Below, piece after piece: positions 1-8,484 of a stretch of DNA of 64,000 nucleotides. Source of the DNA: a virus; IMG/VR virus record IMGVR_UViG_3300016482_000025, positions 1 through 64,000 of that record. One strand, 5' to 3'. The notes beneath the pieces were generated by a model. The model saw only the letters and a program-made list of their open reading frames with translations. It was not told the origin of the DNA and did not search any database. The position numbers and the translations under genes were made by a program. Position 1 is the stretch's first letter. Every line of letters begins with the position of its first letter.

Positions 1-202
1 TTCCATCATCTTCATAATACTTTTCACGGGACGTTTCCCATGCAAAATCAACAGCCTGTTCACTTTCCAGAACGACAATACGCGCCGCAATCGTTTCCTT
101 GGTAACAGGACCACCAAAACGCTCAACATCACTGGCAGTAGCCTTGCCACCATTGCACAGATGATGATACATACGACGCAGAGCAGGAAGACTATCGCGC
201 AT
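1..202 (-). CDS. hypothetical protein, N-terminal part (ORF runs off the window)
   Basis: ATG at 202-200 with GGAG upstream; frame open to nt 1; sigma70-like promoter 229-257 directly upstream. Confidence 0.4.
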   Translation of the reverse strand, partial: MRDSLPALRRMYHHLCNGGKATASDVERFGGPVTKETIAARIVVLESEQAVDFAWETSREKYYEDDG

Positions 203-228
203 TGTCATTCTCCATCGTTGATAAAGCA

Positions 229-257
229 TTTATACACTTATCGGGCAGGATTGTCAA
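229..257 (-). promoter_or_regulatory. sigma70-type early promoter
   Basis: Minus strand TTGACA, 17 nt, TATAAA. Confidence 0.6.
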
Positions 258-591
258 CAGTCTTCTTGCGCTTTTGTCCAACAATACGCGCTGCATCAGA
301 AGGATGCACGGGCATAAAAGTAAAATACATGGAATTCTTACCAAGCCAACCGGTTCCAATTAAAACAGAGCCATCATCACACATACCAACTTCATCAGCC
401 AAAGCTTGTGCAGCTTCACGATGGTTGTTAAATAGACTCTTCTTGGGATTATAAACAATCTTCTTGATCGCTCCATTCGTATTTGCTACAATACAAGCGG
501 GATTTTTGAATGTCGCGCGCGACAATTTCGTTCTAATTAATGAAGGGAAATGCTTCTGGTTGAACATTGTAGCCATTGCTTTAATCCTCAA
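238..591 (-). CDS. hypothetical protein
   Basis: 117-aa ORF in a packed co-oriented minus-strand array; no motif recognised. Confidence 0.45.
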   Translation of the reverse strand: MRIKAMATMFNQKHFPSLIRTKLSRATFKNPACIVANTNGAIKKIVYNPKKSLFNNHREAAQALADEVGMCDDGSVLIGTGWLGKNSMYFTFMPVHPSDAARIVGQKRKKTVDNPAR

Positions 592-841
592 TCACATCTT
601 CTTGCATATTACCAAGACCATATTTTTCTGTCAACATCTTATGGCCTTCGATAGCCTCAGACAAAGAAAAATAAGTCCCTACAACTTCATTATCGGTAGG
701 AGTGAAGATGCACGATTCATAAAGCCAGGGAGTAAGACGAATGCCACGAATGGAAGGCATTTCCGTTGTGCAAAGCTTGATAGTCTCACGAAAGAACAGA
801 CCACCATTATCAGAAGTCATCTGGAAACGCAGCATGTTCAA
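581..841 (-). CDS. hypothetical protein
   Basis: 86-aa ORF, packed co-oriented array. Confidence 0.45.
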   Translation of the reverse strand: MNMLRFQMTSDNGGLFFRETIKLCTTEMPSIRGIRLTPWLYESCIFTPTDNEVVGTYFSLSEAIEGHKMLTEKYGLGNMQEDVIED

Positions 842-865
842 TCTCCCTCTTACACAACCTTTATA

Positions 866-1114
866 TCACCAGAAGCAAACCGAGTCAAGGTATTTTTCTA
901 GCTCAGATTTTGCTTGATAGTAATATTCCCATTTGATATACTTGGTGCGATCAATCATAATTTCAATTAGAGATTCTTTAAATGCTTCATGATCTTGCGT
1001 TCTACAATATGTTCCCCAATCGTAAGAAGATTGCTTGTCTTCACCTTGTTTAATACCATCCTTAAACAATTCAAATAATTGTTCTAAGGTTAAATTACAT
1101 TCCATACTTTTCAT
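866..1114 (-). CDS. hypothetical protein
   Basis: 82-aa ORF, packed co-oriented array. Confidence 0.45.
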   Translation of the reverse strand: MKSMECNLTLEQLFELFKDGIKQGEDKQSSYDWGTYCRTQDHEAFKESLIEIMIDRTKYIKWEYYYQAKSELEKYLDSVCFW

Positions 1115-1391
1115 CCATCATACGTAGAAACTCTTTCATTTTATTATGCAATTCATCACTCGGCATCTGATAAGTCAAACGCAGAATCGCACGATGAATA
1201 ACATCAATTGGATCAATACCGTTATCAATACCTGTCCAAATAGAATCCATAATTGAATTGATAATAACAGAGCTACCGTCACCACCCTTTTCAATTACAA
1301 CGGAATACAAATCATTATCAGTAGCACGATAATTCGCGTTGTCCACAATTTCATTTGCAATTTCCTTTGCCTTCTTCAAATTATCAGACAT
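1095..1391 (-). CDS. hypothetical protein
   Basis: Start moved to ATG 1391 (MSDNLKK), which overlaps the stop of the upstream HD gene (ATGTCTGA). Confidence 0.5.
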   Translation of the reverse strand: MSDNLKKAKEIANEIVDNANYRATDNDLYSVVIEKGGDGSSVIINSIMDSIWTGIDNGIDPIDVIHRAILRLTYQMPSDELHNKMKEFLRMMDEKYGM

Positions 1392-1833
1392 TTTTAAGCC
1401 TCGCTTCAATTTCCAAATAAAATTGATGATACTTCACCATGCGGGCAATATCCTTGTCAGACACACCCTTAAGGCGCCTTACATCGGTATTGTGGCGTAG
1501 ATCAGCCATCTTGACCAGCATAGCATCCCGGTTAGCGAAAACGCCTTCCTTGTATTCCTCTAGCGTTTGGCCGGGAAGCTTGGTGAGCGCACGAATACCA
1601 GCAATCACCCTCTCAGAAATACCAGCCTCGCGAAGATCAACATAGGTAGTCTTGGTATCTTCAATTACATCATGACCAACGGCAATGCATTGAATTTCTT
1701 CATCATCACTCTTAGTATAATGCATCACCTTAAGAGCATGGAGAATATAAGGCATTCCACCCTTATCAAATTGCCCGGCATGGGCATTGGTGGCGATAAG
1801 GATCATCTTGGAGAGCATTTCACCCTTTTTCAT
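1384..1833 (-). CDS. HD-domain phosphohydrolase, SpoT/Mesh1-type (p)ppGpp hydrolase-like
   Basis: HAGQFDKGG..PYILH..VGHDVIEDT..ADLRHN motif series typical of the RelA/SpoT HD hydrolase domain; 149 aa, no synthetase domain. Confidence 0.65.
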   Translation of the reverse strand: MKKGEMLSKMILIATNAHAGQFDKGGMPYILHALKVMHYTKSDDEEIQCIAVGHDVIEDTKTTYVDLREAGISERVIAGIRALTKLPGQTLEEYKEGVFANRDAMLVKMADLRHNTDVRRLKGVSDKDIARMVKYHQFYLEIEARLKNV

Positions 1834-1897
1834 AACAAATTCCTTTCGCTCTAGAAGAATACCTTACCACCACCAAATTATTATGTCAATAGAAAAA

Positions 1898-2128
1898 TTA
1901 GTCTCTTGTGACAGACCACTCAGGAATTACATAATCAATTCCATTCCTTTCCGCAAAAAGAGTAATGTCACGATAAAGAGGATACGTGTTTCCCAATCCA
2001 CAATCCTTCTCAAAGTCTTCCGTGATAAGACCAATAGCAGCAATGATTGCTTGAAAATCAGCCACGGAAACTTCAAGAGTAACAGTCTGACCAATCTCGC
2101 TTTCACGATTAATCGTTACGTTGCTCAT
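1898..2128 (-). CDS. hypothetical protein
   Basis: 76-aa ORF, packed array. Confidence 0.45.
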   Translation of the reverse strand: MSNVTINRESEIGQTVTLEVSVADFQAIIAAIGLITEDFEKDCGLGNTYPLYRDITLFAERNGIDYVIPEWSVTRD

Positions 2129-2129
2129 T

Positions 2130-2387
2130 TTACATTCCTCTCAGGGTTTCAATTGCGTCAGAAGTCTTGTCAATTTCTACATCATTTTCGCGTGCTTCAA
2201 CAGCAACCCTTTCGGCTTCCATGTTATATGCATCACGAACAGAACTATACTCAGCCTTCCTAGCCTTGTCAAGCAAAACATCATATTGACGCCAAAGAAT
2301 TTCTTCCCTAGACTTATGATGTGCAAGCTTCTCATTTAAAAGCTTGATAGCCATATAAAACGCTTCAACCTTATCCATTACGATCAC
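2130..2387 (-). CDS. hypothetical protein
   Basis: 85-aa ORF, coiled-coil-like, packed array. Confidence 0.45.
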   Translation of the reverse strand: MIVMDKVEAFYMAIKLLNEKLAHHKSREEILWRQYDVLLDKARKAEYSSVRDAYNMEAERVAVEARENDVEIDKTSDAIETLRGM

Positions 2388-2553
2388 TCATATCATTCAG
2401 AGAAAGATGCTCAACAACAGCATCCCTCATATTGTGAAAGGAAAGACGATCACGAATAGAATAAAAAGCCTGTTCAAAATTCTTCGCTTCAACGTCCATA
2501 TACATTCGAATATCATTGAAGATAATAATGGCAGAATACTTACGATTCATCAT
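2371..2553 (-). CDS. hypothetical protein
   Basis: 60-aa ORF, packed array. Confidence 0.4.
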   Translation of the reverse strand: MMNRKYSAIIIFNDIRMYMDVEAKNFEQAFYSIRDRLSFHNMRDAVVEHLSLNDMSDRNG

Positions 2554-2821
2554 CCATATCCTTCATCTGTTCCTTGGTAACACGCTTATTATAGCGCCGA
2601 ATATCCTTATTGGCAAGCCTTTTTCCGTAAGACGCCGGAAAATCATCCCACTTATTAAACTTACCCTCAATTGCACTTCCACTCACGCTATTCTCAAAGA
2701 CGCCATCGGCACCCTTGCGAATACGTTCAGCCCGGCGCGGGCGGCTCTTGGAATTACGTTCTTCAATCCAATCAGCCCAATCATCCGCGCCGGGCGGCTT
2801 ATTCCTATACGTTTTCCCCAT
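2540..2821 (-). CDS. hypothetical basic protein (MGKTYR family)
   Basis: Starts MGKTYRNK; shares the MGKTYR N-terminus and basic character with the ORF at 10787-10951. Confidence 0.5.
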   Translation of the reverse strand: MGKTYRNKPPGADDWADWIEERNSKSRPRRAERIRKGADGVFENSVSGSAIEGKFNKWDDFPASYGKRLANKDIRRYNKRVTKEQMKDMDDES

Positions 2822-2970
2822 TACTTCCTCTTATAAACGGACATATCCTTGTAATCAACAGAAAAACCTTTATCCTGCCACTCTTCCAGAAAGATAAAAG
2901 CGGCATTTTGATCGTTGAAAGTTTCACGACGAATAAGCTTGCGACCATTGAACACGGAAACTTGGTGCAT
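2821..2970 (-). CDS. hypothetical protein
   Basis: Start moved to ATG 2970 (MHQVSVF) with GGAGA upstream, because promoter 2996-3024 lies inside the longer ORF. Confidence 0.4.
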   Translation of the reverse strand: MHQVSVFNGRKLIRRETFNDQNAAFIFLEEWQDKGFSVDYKDMSVYKRK

Positions 2971-2995
2971 TGTCTTTCTCCGCTCTATGAGAATG

Positions 2996-3024
2996 TTTAT
3001 ACCAGACCAAACAAGTCTTGTCAA
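2996..3024 (-). promoter_or_regulatory. sigma70-type early promoter
   Basis: Minus strand TTGACA, 17 nt, TATAAA. Confidence 0.6.
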
Positions 3025-3026
3025 CA

Positions 3027-3287
3027 CTAATAGTAATACTTATCCTTGAAAACCGCATTCGGGAAAATAGATTGAAGCGCAGTCTTGATATGGGCATCGG
3101 TAATATTCCGGTCCATATCATAAGCCTCTTTCGCAATTCCCGTTTGATGTGCTACAAGCCAAGCATCACTACCAGTCTTCACATCACCCAAAGAAAGCTT
3201 CTGAATAGGCCGCGCAGCAAGCCACGCAGCACACTTGATACGCCAACGGCTAACGGTATCCTTATCAATCTTCGCCATTGTCTTCAT
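3027..3287 (-). CDS. hypothetical protein
   Basis: 86-aa ORF downstream of promoter 3304-3331. Confidence 0.5.
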   Translation of the reverse strand: MKTMAKIDKDTVSRWRIKCAAWLAARPIQKLSLGDVKTGSDAWLVAHQTGIAKEAYDMDRNITDAHIKTALQSIFPNAVFKDKYYY

Positions 3288-3303
3288 CCCTCTTGATATG
3301 GCT

Positions 3304-3331
3304 ATTATACAGCATTAACCTAGAGTGTCAA
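3304..3331 (-). promoter_or_regulatory. sigma70-type early promoter
   Basis: Minus strand TTGACA, 16 nt, TATAAT. Confidence 0.6.
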
Positions 3332-3334
3332 CAA

Positions 3335-3583
3335 TTATTCCTTTGGCTTAGTAAGATTTTCAACACGTTCATGAAGGAAAGCGTTTTCAGACAGAAGACG
3401 CGCATTATTATCTTCAAGCTCGCCAATGCGCTTATAAAGATAATCAATTCGCTCTTGACAGGCAGTAAACATACCGGCAACAGCATGATGCGCCGGGTCA
3501 GGGGAATTAAAATAAGAACCCTTGACAGCCTCAATTAGAGAATCAAGATGCTGGCGCGGAGTGAAAACAGGCTTTTCAGACAT
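3335..3583 (-). CDS. hypothetical protein
   Basis: 82-aa ORF, packed array. Confidence 0.5.
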   Translation of the reverse strand: MSEKPVFTPRQHLDSLIEAVKGSYFNSPDPAHHAVAGMFTACQERIDYLYKRIGELEDNNARLLSENAFLHERVENLTKPKE

Positions 3584-3724
3584 TATTTTATTCCTCTAAG
3601 AACGAATTTTATGCAAAGTTTTTAATTCAAGAACCCTGCTAGAAAACTCTAGACGCACCCTTTTACTGGTTAGGCAATGATATCCCGTAAGCACCACTTA
3701 CGGGCCGGGGTTACACGTCAAAAC

Positions 3725-4000
3725 TCAATAATAAGAAACGCGAGACTTATCAGTATTAGCAAAGCGTTCCTCATAGGAAAGAAACTCGCCATCCTCACCA
3801 TAACGCACGCCAGGAAGATGCCCGGCAGGCACTTCATCAATCCCAAGATACCGAAAACCATTATAATTCCCGGTATCATGAAGAACATCGGAAAGAACCA
3901 TAGCCATCACTTCACGTTCCGCAGCGGAACAAGTAGAACGGGCAATCATGCCATTGATCTTGTTCTTAAGCGCATTCACTTCAAATGTCTTGCGAGCCAT
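3725..4000 (-). CDS. hypothetical protein
   Basis: 91-aa ORF downstream of promoter 4025-4053. Confidence 0.5.
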   Translation of the reverse strand: MARKTFEVNALKNKINGMIARSTCSAAEREVMAMVLSDVLHDTGNYNGFRYLGIDEVPAGHLPGVRYGEDGEFLSYEERFANTDKSRVSYY

Positions 4001-4024
4001 GGCTTTTCTCCTTGCTACAAGACC

Positions 4025-4053
4025 TTTATACGCTCAGTGACAGGATATGTCAA
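4025..4053 (-). promoter_or_regulatory. sigma70-type early promoter
   Basis: Minus strand TTGACA, 17 nt, TATAAA. Confidence 0.6.
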
Positions 4054-4062
4054 CAGATTTTT

Positions 4063-4323
4063 TTAGTCCTGTTCCAGAATGATTTGATATCCAGCATCTT
4101 CCTTAATCAAAGGATAAACGTCAGGATGATCATTATCAATAACAAGATTATCCTCTAGATTATAAAGGACATACCCAACAGCATTTGGAGTATTCATTTG
4201 ACAAACAATATAGTGTTGGCGATCAGCACCAATAGTGATATCACCAAGACGTGTCTTGTCAACCAATTCCTTCATATTTGAAATAACAATTCGCTTGTCT
4301 GCACCAGTAACCTTAATCTTCAT
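4063..4323 (-). CDS. hypothetical protein
   Basis: Start moved to ATG 4323 (MKIKVTG) with GAGGA upstream. Confidence 0.5.
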   Translation of the reverse strand: MKIKVTGADKRIVISNMKELVDKTRLGDITIGADRQHYIVCQMNTPNAVGYVLYNLEDNLVIDNDHPDVYPLIKEDAGYQIILEQD

Positions 4324-4334
4324 TTTATTATTCC

Positions 4335-4634
4335 TCAACAAACGTCAAAACGCTTCTTCAATTCTTCATACAATTGGCGATCACGTTGCAAACGCAAATC
4401 AGCATAATACTTTTCTTCATTCAACCTCTTAGTCATTTCTTCATCAGTTTCTTCACGATTAACAAAAAGCTTAAGAGTCTGTCCTTCATCGTAACGGTTG
4501 CTTACGAATTCAAAGAAAGCTTCCTCACCATATCGTGAAAGCCAATCGTTAATTTGAGACTTGACAGCAGCAAGATTCATGTATTCAAAATCAACGTAAT
4601 CAACTTCAACCTTGATCTTTTTACGTTCACTCAT
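4335..4634 (-). CDS. hypothetical protein
   Basis: 99-aa ORF; its ATG overlaps the stop of the upstream small ORF (TCATGA). Confidence 0.5.
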   Translation of the reverse strand: MSERKKIKVEVDYVDFEYMNLAAVKSQINDWLSRYGEEAFFEFVSNRYDEGQTLKLFVNREETDEEMTKRLNEEKYYADLRLQRDRQLYEELKKRFDVC

Positions 4635-4801
4635 GATACAGCCCTTCCGACAAACAACGCAATAAAATAAAACACAAGAATAAAAAGCATCACGATTGAA
4701 AGAGAATTAATCCCTTCATCACGCGAGCCATGGCTTATAATTAGAAGAGTAATCCAAATGAAAAACCAGAATACACCCCAACCAACCAGAAAACCGAACA
4801 T
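4631..4801 (-). CDS. small membrane protein (56 aa, two hydrophobic segments)
   Basis: MFGFLVGWGVFWFFIWITLLII...VMLFILVFYFIALFVG; below the ORF-track cutoff; ATGA overlap with the next gene. Confidence 0.4.
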   Translation of the reverse strand: MFGFLVGWGVFWFFIWITLLIISHGSRDEGINSLSIVMLFILVFYFIALFVGRAVS

Positions 4802-4813
4802 TGTTTTTTCCTT

Positions 4814-5308
4814 TCACATTCCAAGAGCAGCACGGGCAAGCGCATCCTGCCGTCCAAAAGCTTCCTGTTCCCAAGGAAGCGCGCGATAATCCTGATACGT
4901 CCTAGCAGGACCATAGATGCCGGGACGGGCATAATCCGTGCCATTCCAAAGACGCTGGCCCGTGGACATTCCAGGCTTCCATGTCATGCGACCTTGCTTA
5001 AACTGTTCCGCATGAACAAGCTCATGGGCAAGATACGTCACAACATTCAGCGTAGTGCTGCGCGGATCAACGAAAATCCTATTGGAATTGAGAAAGAAAA
5101 GACCATCGGTTTTACCACGAATAGGCTTGAAGATCATGATTTGATCTTGCGACACATCAAGCATAGACAGAAGACGATCAAACGCCTTCACGATAACAGG
5201 AAAATGCTTGAAAGTATGTTCCTTATAAAGCTTGTTATACACGGCGGCAGTAGTGCCGTGAATGTTACCAACAATCTGCACAGTCTGTTGATTGGACTTC
5301 TTATGCAT
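4814..5308 (-). CDS. putative zinc metallopeptidase (HExxH)
   Basis: YLAHELVHAEQF contains an HExxH motif; promoter 5334-5362 upstream. Confidence 0.45.
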   Translation of the reverse strand: MHKKSNQQTVQIVGNIHGTTAAVYNKLYKEHTFKHFPVIVKAFDRLLSMLDVSQDQIMIFKPIRGKTDGLFFLNSNRIFVDPRSTTLNVVTYLAHELVHAEQFKQGRMTWKPGMSTGQRLWNGTDYARPGIYGPARTYQDYRALPWEQEAFGRQDALARAALGM

Positions 5309-5333
5309 CTGTCAATCTCCGTTCTATGGGTAA

Positions 5334-5362
5334 ACTATACAGATTAACGGCTATTACGTCAA
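5334..5362 (-). promoter_or_regulatory. sigma70-type early promoter
   Basis: Minus strand TTGACG, 17 nt, TATAGT. Confidence 0.55.
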
Positions 5363-5367
5363 GTGTT

Positions 5368-5610
5368 TTAGCGCACGATTTCCAGGGAAATTACCGAATT
5401 CCGCAGGAAAGAACGCCATTCAGCCTTTTCCAAATCAAAAACCCGGACCTGTTCATTCGTATATGGCGTGCCGGTTCCAATCGGGAGATTGGAATTAGCC
5501 AGATATGCCATATCCTGCGTGCAACGCATCACACGTTCCGTGCCGTCCTTCTTAGTGAAGGTGACGATACAAACGCCATTCTTAAGCGCATCAAAATTAA
5601 AATCGGTCAT
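5368..5610 (-). CDS. hypothetical protein
   Basis: Start moved to ATG 5610 (MTDFNFD) with GGAGG upstream. Confidence 0.5.
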   Translation of the reverse strand: MTDFNFDALKNGVCIVTFTKKDGTERVMRCTQDMAYLANSNLPIGTGTPYTNEQVRVFDLEKAEWRSFLRNSVISLEIVR

Positions 5611-5611
5611 T

Positions 5612-5863
5612 TCACTTTCCTCCAAGGATTTCCATAATACGGCGGCGTTCACGAATCAAAAAGGTAACAAGTGACTTTTTATCGTAAGAATCAAAAGCCG
5701 ATACAACACTATCGCAGTCAACAAGATAAGTCAAGGCGTTTTCTACCTTGATCTTATTTTCATGGGCGATAGCCTGTTCCTCGGTTTGAAACAAAGAGCC
5801 ATCAACGGTTTGATACATTTCAACCTTAAGCATATGTTCTCTCCAAGGAACAGGATTGTTCAA
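5612..5863 (-). CDS. hypothetical protein
   Basis: 83-aa ORF, packed array. Confidence 0.45.
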   Translation of the reverse strand: MNNPVPWREHMLKVEMYQTVDGSLFQTEEQAIAHENKIKVENALTYLVDCDSVVSAFDSYDKKSLVTFLIRERRRIMEILGGK

Positions 5864-6097
5864 TTAAACATTGACAGTGAAAGACTCACCCGGCTTAAGA
5901 ACGCGAACGTTAAGCGGGCAATCCTTACCAAAACCGTCAATCTTACCCTCTGCCGTGATACAAACAATATCACCCTCATAAGAGCGAAAAACGATAGAAC
6001 CCTCATAACAATCCATCACTTCCGCAAACACACCCGGAGGCATGTCACGCATCTTCACAAATTCAACCGGAGCGCGGTTCACGGTAATAGTAGCCAT
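5864..6097 (-). CDS. hypothetical protein
   Basis: 77-aa ORF, packed array. Confidence 0.5.
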   Translation of the reverse strand: MATITVNRAPVEFVKMRDMPPGVFAEVMDCYEGSIVFRSYEGDIVCITAEGKIDGFGKDCPLNVRVLKPGESFTVNV

Positions 6098-6240
6098 GTC
6101 TTTTATCCTTTCTAGGTTATTAATAAAAAATATAAGCCGATCAAATCTCTATATGTTGCAAGGTCTAGTCGAGATTTACCTAGGGTCTAACCTTGCGCTG
6201 ACTATTAATAGCAACAGGCTTAACCACCGGCTTATTCGTA

Positions 6241-6462
6241 TTACTCATTAGTCTTATACAGCAGATTGATAGCCTCCGCAAGCAAAATCGCTTCCTCTTG
6301 CGTCATTACAATTCGATTAATACACTTGTTATCTTCATCGAATTGCTTGATTTCAACAAGACCAAGACCATCGGAATCAGGCCCAACATCAATATGTGTG
6401 CCATGATCATCATCCCAAATCTTGATCACCTTTTCAAGTGAAAAATTACGCTTCATCTTCAT
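6241..6462 (-). CDS. hypothetical protein
   Basis: Start moved to ATG 6462 (MKMKRNF), overlapping the end of the upstream ORF. Confidence 0.45.
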   Translation of the reverse strand: MKMKRNFSLEKVIKIWDDDHGTHIDVGPDSDGLGLVEIKQFDEDNKCINRIVMTQEEAILLAEAINLLYKTNE

Positions 6463-6799
6463 CACCCCATCCGTCTTCGGGAAGCCAGTCTTCATCACGA
6501 AGACCATCAGCATAAACTTCATTCTCATATTCGTCAAGCATTTTTTCTGCATCCTCTAGAGTTTCAATTGAAACATTCCAGAAACCATCATCAGACCAAG
6601 ACGCAACAAGCGCAAAGTCATCTTCATTTACAGAAACCATACCGGCGCTTTCATGGGGATGATAAACAGAACGATCAGCCCAATCGGCAATGATTGAACC
6701 AATATCACGTTCATGATAGGTTTCAATTAGATATTCCCAATCCGCGCGAGTCTTTGCTTCGGAACAAAGCTTTTCCATAGTCTCATATGAAACGTCCAT
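6446..6799 (-). CDS. hypothetical acidic protein
   Basis: 117-aa ORF with a D/E-rich C-terminus. Confidence 0.5.
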   Translation of the reverse strand: MDVSYETMEKLCSEAKTRADWEYLIETYHERDIGSIIADWADRSVYHPHESAGMVSVNEDDFALVASWSDDGFWNVSIETLEDAEKMLDEYENEVYADGLRDEDWLPEDGWGDEDEA

Positions 6800-6957
6800 T
6801 ATTCATCCTCACCAGCAAGTTTACGAAGAATTTTGTTTGAAAATGTGGCAGGATCGTTATCCCATCCACAATTCATATCGTTAAGAATATAGAAAAGCCA
6901 TGTAGCTTCCTCTACAGAAAGCTCTAGATTGATTACAGGCGGCTTAAGCTTCATCAT
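6799..6957 (-). CDS. hypothetical protein
   Basis: Start moved to ATG 6957 (MMKLKPP), overlapping the upstream stop. Confidence 0.35.
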   Translation of the reverse strand: MMKLKPPVINLELSVEEATWLFYILNDMNCGWDNDPATFSNKILRKLAGEDE

Positions 6958-7369
6958 CAAATCCTTCATCAAATTCATCTTCATCATAACCATCATCGTT
7001 GAGAGTGTCAATGACAATTACACCAAAATTCATCACACCATTGACATTGGTGCAAAGAGTTTCACTTGAAAATTCAACGATGCGGGAATCATCATAGACG
7101 CCAAACTTGGCAATCTCTACAGGAACCAGCCCAATAAGACCGGCATCAACGCCATAAGAGAAGCCGTTGTTATCCCTATACTCACCATCACCATAAGCCG
7201 TGTCAAACGCCATTACAGGCTTGCCACAAGCCATCCCAACAGGCTGAGAGAAGTAGTTACAGGAATGGAGAAGATCACTCCATTCATCGTCAGGAACAGC
7301 ATAGCAAGGATCACCAAGAACATACATTCCAGGCGGAACCAGCACGGTATTTTCATCAATGATCTTCAT
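6944..7369 (-). CDS. hypothetical protein
   Basis: 141-aa ORF with an acidic tail. Confidence 0.5.
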   Translation of the reverse strand: MKIIDENTVLVPPGMYVLGDPCYAVPDDEWSDLLHSCNYFSQPVGMACGKPVMAFDTAYGDGEYRDNNGFSYGVDAGLIGLVPVEIAKFGVYDDSRIVEFSSETLCTNVNGVMNFGVIVIDTLNDDGYDEDEFDEGFDDEA

Positions 7370-7381
7370 TTGCCTATTCCT

Positions 7382-7645
7382 TCAATTCGCACGAACGACA
7401 ATAAACGGATCAATACCAAACTTCAAGTAGATTTTTCCAAAATCATCGGGCTTGGAAAAGAAAATCAAAAAACCCATGGTCCCAACATAGGTAGGAGCAG
7501 AATGAGCATGATCTTCCGCAACCGAAAGGATAAACTTCTTCAATTCTTCCACGGTATATTTCAGATTATCTCGCGCAAAGGAATTGAACATATAGACAGC
7601 GCGAGCAGTATCATCTAGATTTTCATCTTCATATTCAAAGCGCAT
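7382..7645 (-). CDS. hypothetical protein
   Basis: 87-aa ORF downstream of promoter 7669-7697. Confidence 0.5.
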   Translation of the reverse strand: MRFEYEDENLDDTARAVYMFNSFARDNLKYTVEELKKFILSVAEDHAHSAPTYVGTMGFLIFFSKPDDFGKIYLKFGIDPFIVVRAN

Positions 7646-7668
7646 TGTCTTTCCCTTTCGATAGGCTC

Positions 7669-7697
7669 TTTATACAGCCTCACCATCCCATTGTCAA
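7669..7697 (-). promoter_or_regulatory. sigma70-type early promoter
   Basis: Minus strand TTGACA, 17 nt, TATAAA. Confidence 0.6.
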
Positions 7698-7775
7698 CCA
7701 GAAAATTAGGTCAATAATTTGAGACAGCGCGAAAATACCGAAAATAAGCCATAAAATTTTTGTATCCTCATTCAT
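7680..7775 (-). CDS. possible small membrane protein (31 aa)
   Basis: MNEDTKILWLIFGIFALSQIIDLIFWLTMGW; AGAGA upstream of the ATG; overlaps promoter 7669-7697. Confidence 0.3.
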   Translation of the reverse strand: MNEDTKILWLIFGIFALSQIIDLIFWLTMGW

Positions 7776-7782
7776 TTTTCTC

Positions 7783-7811
7783 TTGACACCTGTTTTTGGG
7801 GTTGTTATAAT
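7783..7811 (+). promoter_or_regulatory. consensus sigma70 promoter reading antisense into gene 7865-8095
   Basis: TTGACA, 17 nt, TATAAT; 35 of 40 nt identical to the uvsY-upstream promoter (61931-61970, minus strand). Confidence 0.55.
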
Positions 7812-7825
7812 AAGCTGTGCTTAAA

Positions 7826-7866
7826 AGAGAGATATTAGATTAATTCAAATTCTATGATATCTCTCT
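7826..7866 (-). terminator. 10-bp hairpin after gene 7865-8095
   Basis: AGAGAGATAT-21 nt-ATATCTCTCT; weak T tract on the minus strand. Confidence 0.35.
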
Positions 7867-8095
7867 AAAGCATTTGAACACTATCAATAGTAGCATTACC
7901 GTAATATGTTCCAATCCAAGCCACCACCTTTTTACTATCAAAATTGGTAATAGCATATGCAAGAGAGGAATCCGGCGCCGTGCGACATGTCCAGCCATCA
8001 ACCTTTACCAGATACCTAGGATTACCGTTCTTGGAAGACGGAAGGCGCTTAATGACTTCAAGCTTTCCTCTATGAATGGTGACGTTCTTCATCAT
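7865..8095 (-). CDS. hypothetical protein
   Basis: Start moved to ATG 8095 (MMKNVTIH), because promoter 8117-8145 lies inside the longer ORF. Confidence 0.5.
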   Translation of the reverse strand: MMKNVTIHRGKLEVIKRLPSSKNGNPRYLVKVDGWTCRTAPDSSLAYAITNFDSKKVVAWIGTYYGNATIDSVQML

Positions 8096-8116
8096 AATCC
8101 CCTTGGTTACAGCAAC

Positions 8117-8145
8117 AACATACACCAAACCTTTTTGAATGTCAA
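8117..8145 (-). promoter_or_regulatory. sigma70-type early promoter
   Basis: Minus strand TTGACA, 17 nt, TATGTT. Confidence 0.55.
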
Positions 8146-8158
8146 CGAAAAATAGTGC

Positions 8159-8186
8159 TTGACGGGAAGTTTTTTTCTGGTATAAA
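8159..8186 (+). promoter_or_regulatory. sigma70-type early promoter
   Basis: TTGACG, 16 nt, TATAAA; divergent from 8117-8145. Confidence 0.55.
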
Positions 8187-8208
8187 TGCGCTTCAACGAT
8201 GTGGAGAT

Positions 8209-8484
8209 ATGAAAATGTCTGATCTTCGGAAGTATATCAACATTCGCAAGTATCATTTTGGCAACATGATGCATGGCTATGGTGAGAAGAATGTTCCTTT
8301 GAAGATTGCCCGCATCTATTACAGCATTGCAACCAAGCGTGCCGATGATACGGTCAAGGTTTCGGCTATGGATAAGGAATGGGCTTGCATGGTTGCTGGT
8401 CGGGAATGTTCTATTCGCGAAATCCTTGAAATTAAGGATGATCTGAATAATTGGATTGACGGTAAGGAAAAGGAAGCGGCATAA
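8209..8484 (+). CDS. hypothetical protein
   Basis: ATG 8209 after GGAGA, downstream of promoter 8159-8186. Confidence 0.5.
   Translation: MKMSDLRKYINIRKYHFGNMMHGYGEKNVPLKIARIYYSIATKRADDTVKVSAMDKEWACMVAGRECSIREILEIKDDLNNWIDGKEKEAA

Noticed and set aside
3677-3705. 8-bp hairpin CCCGTAAG/CTTACGGG downstream of gene 3725-4000, considered as a terminator
   Set aside because: No T-run follows it on either strand. It is left unannotated.
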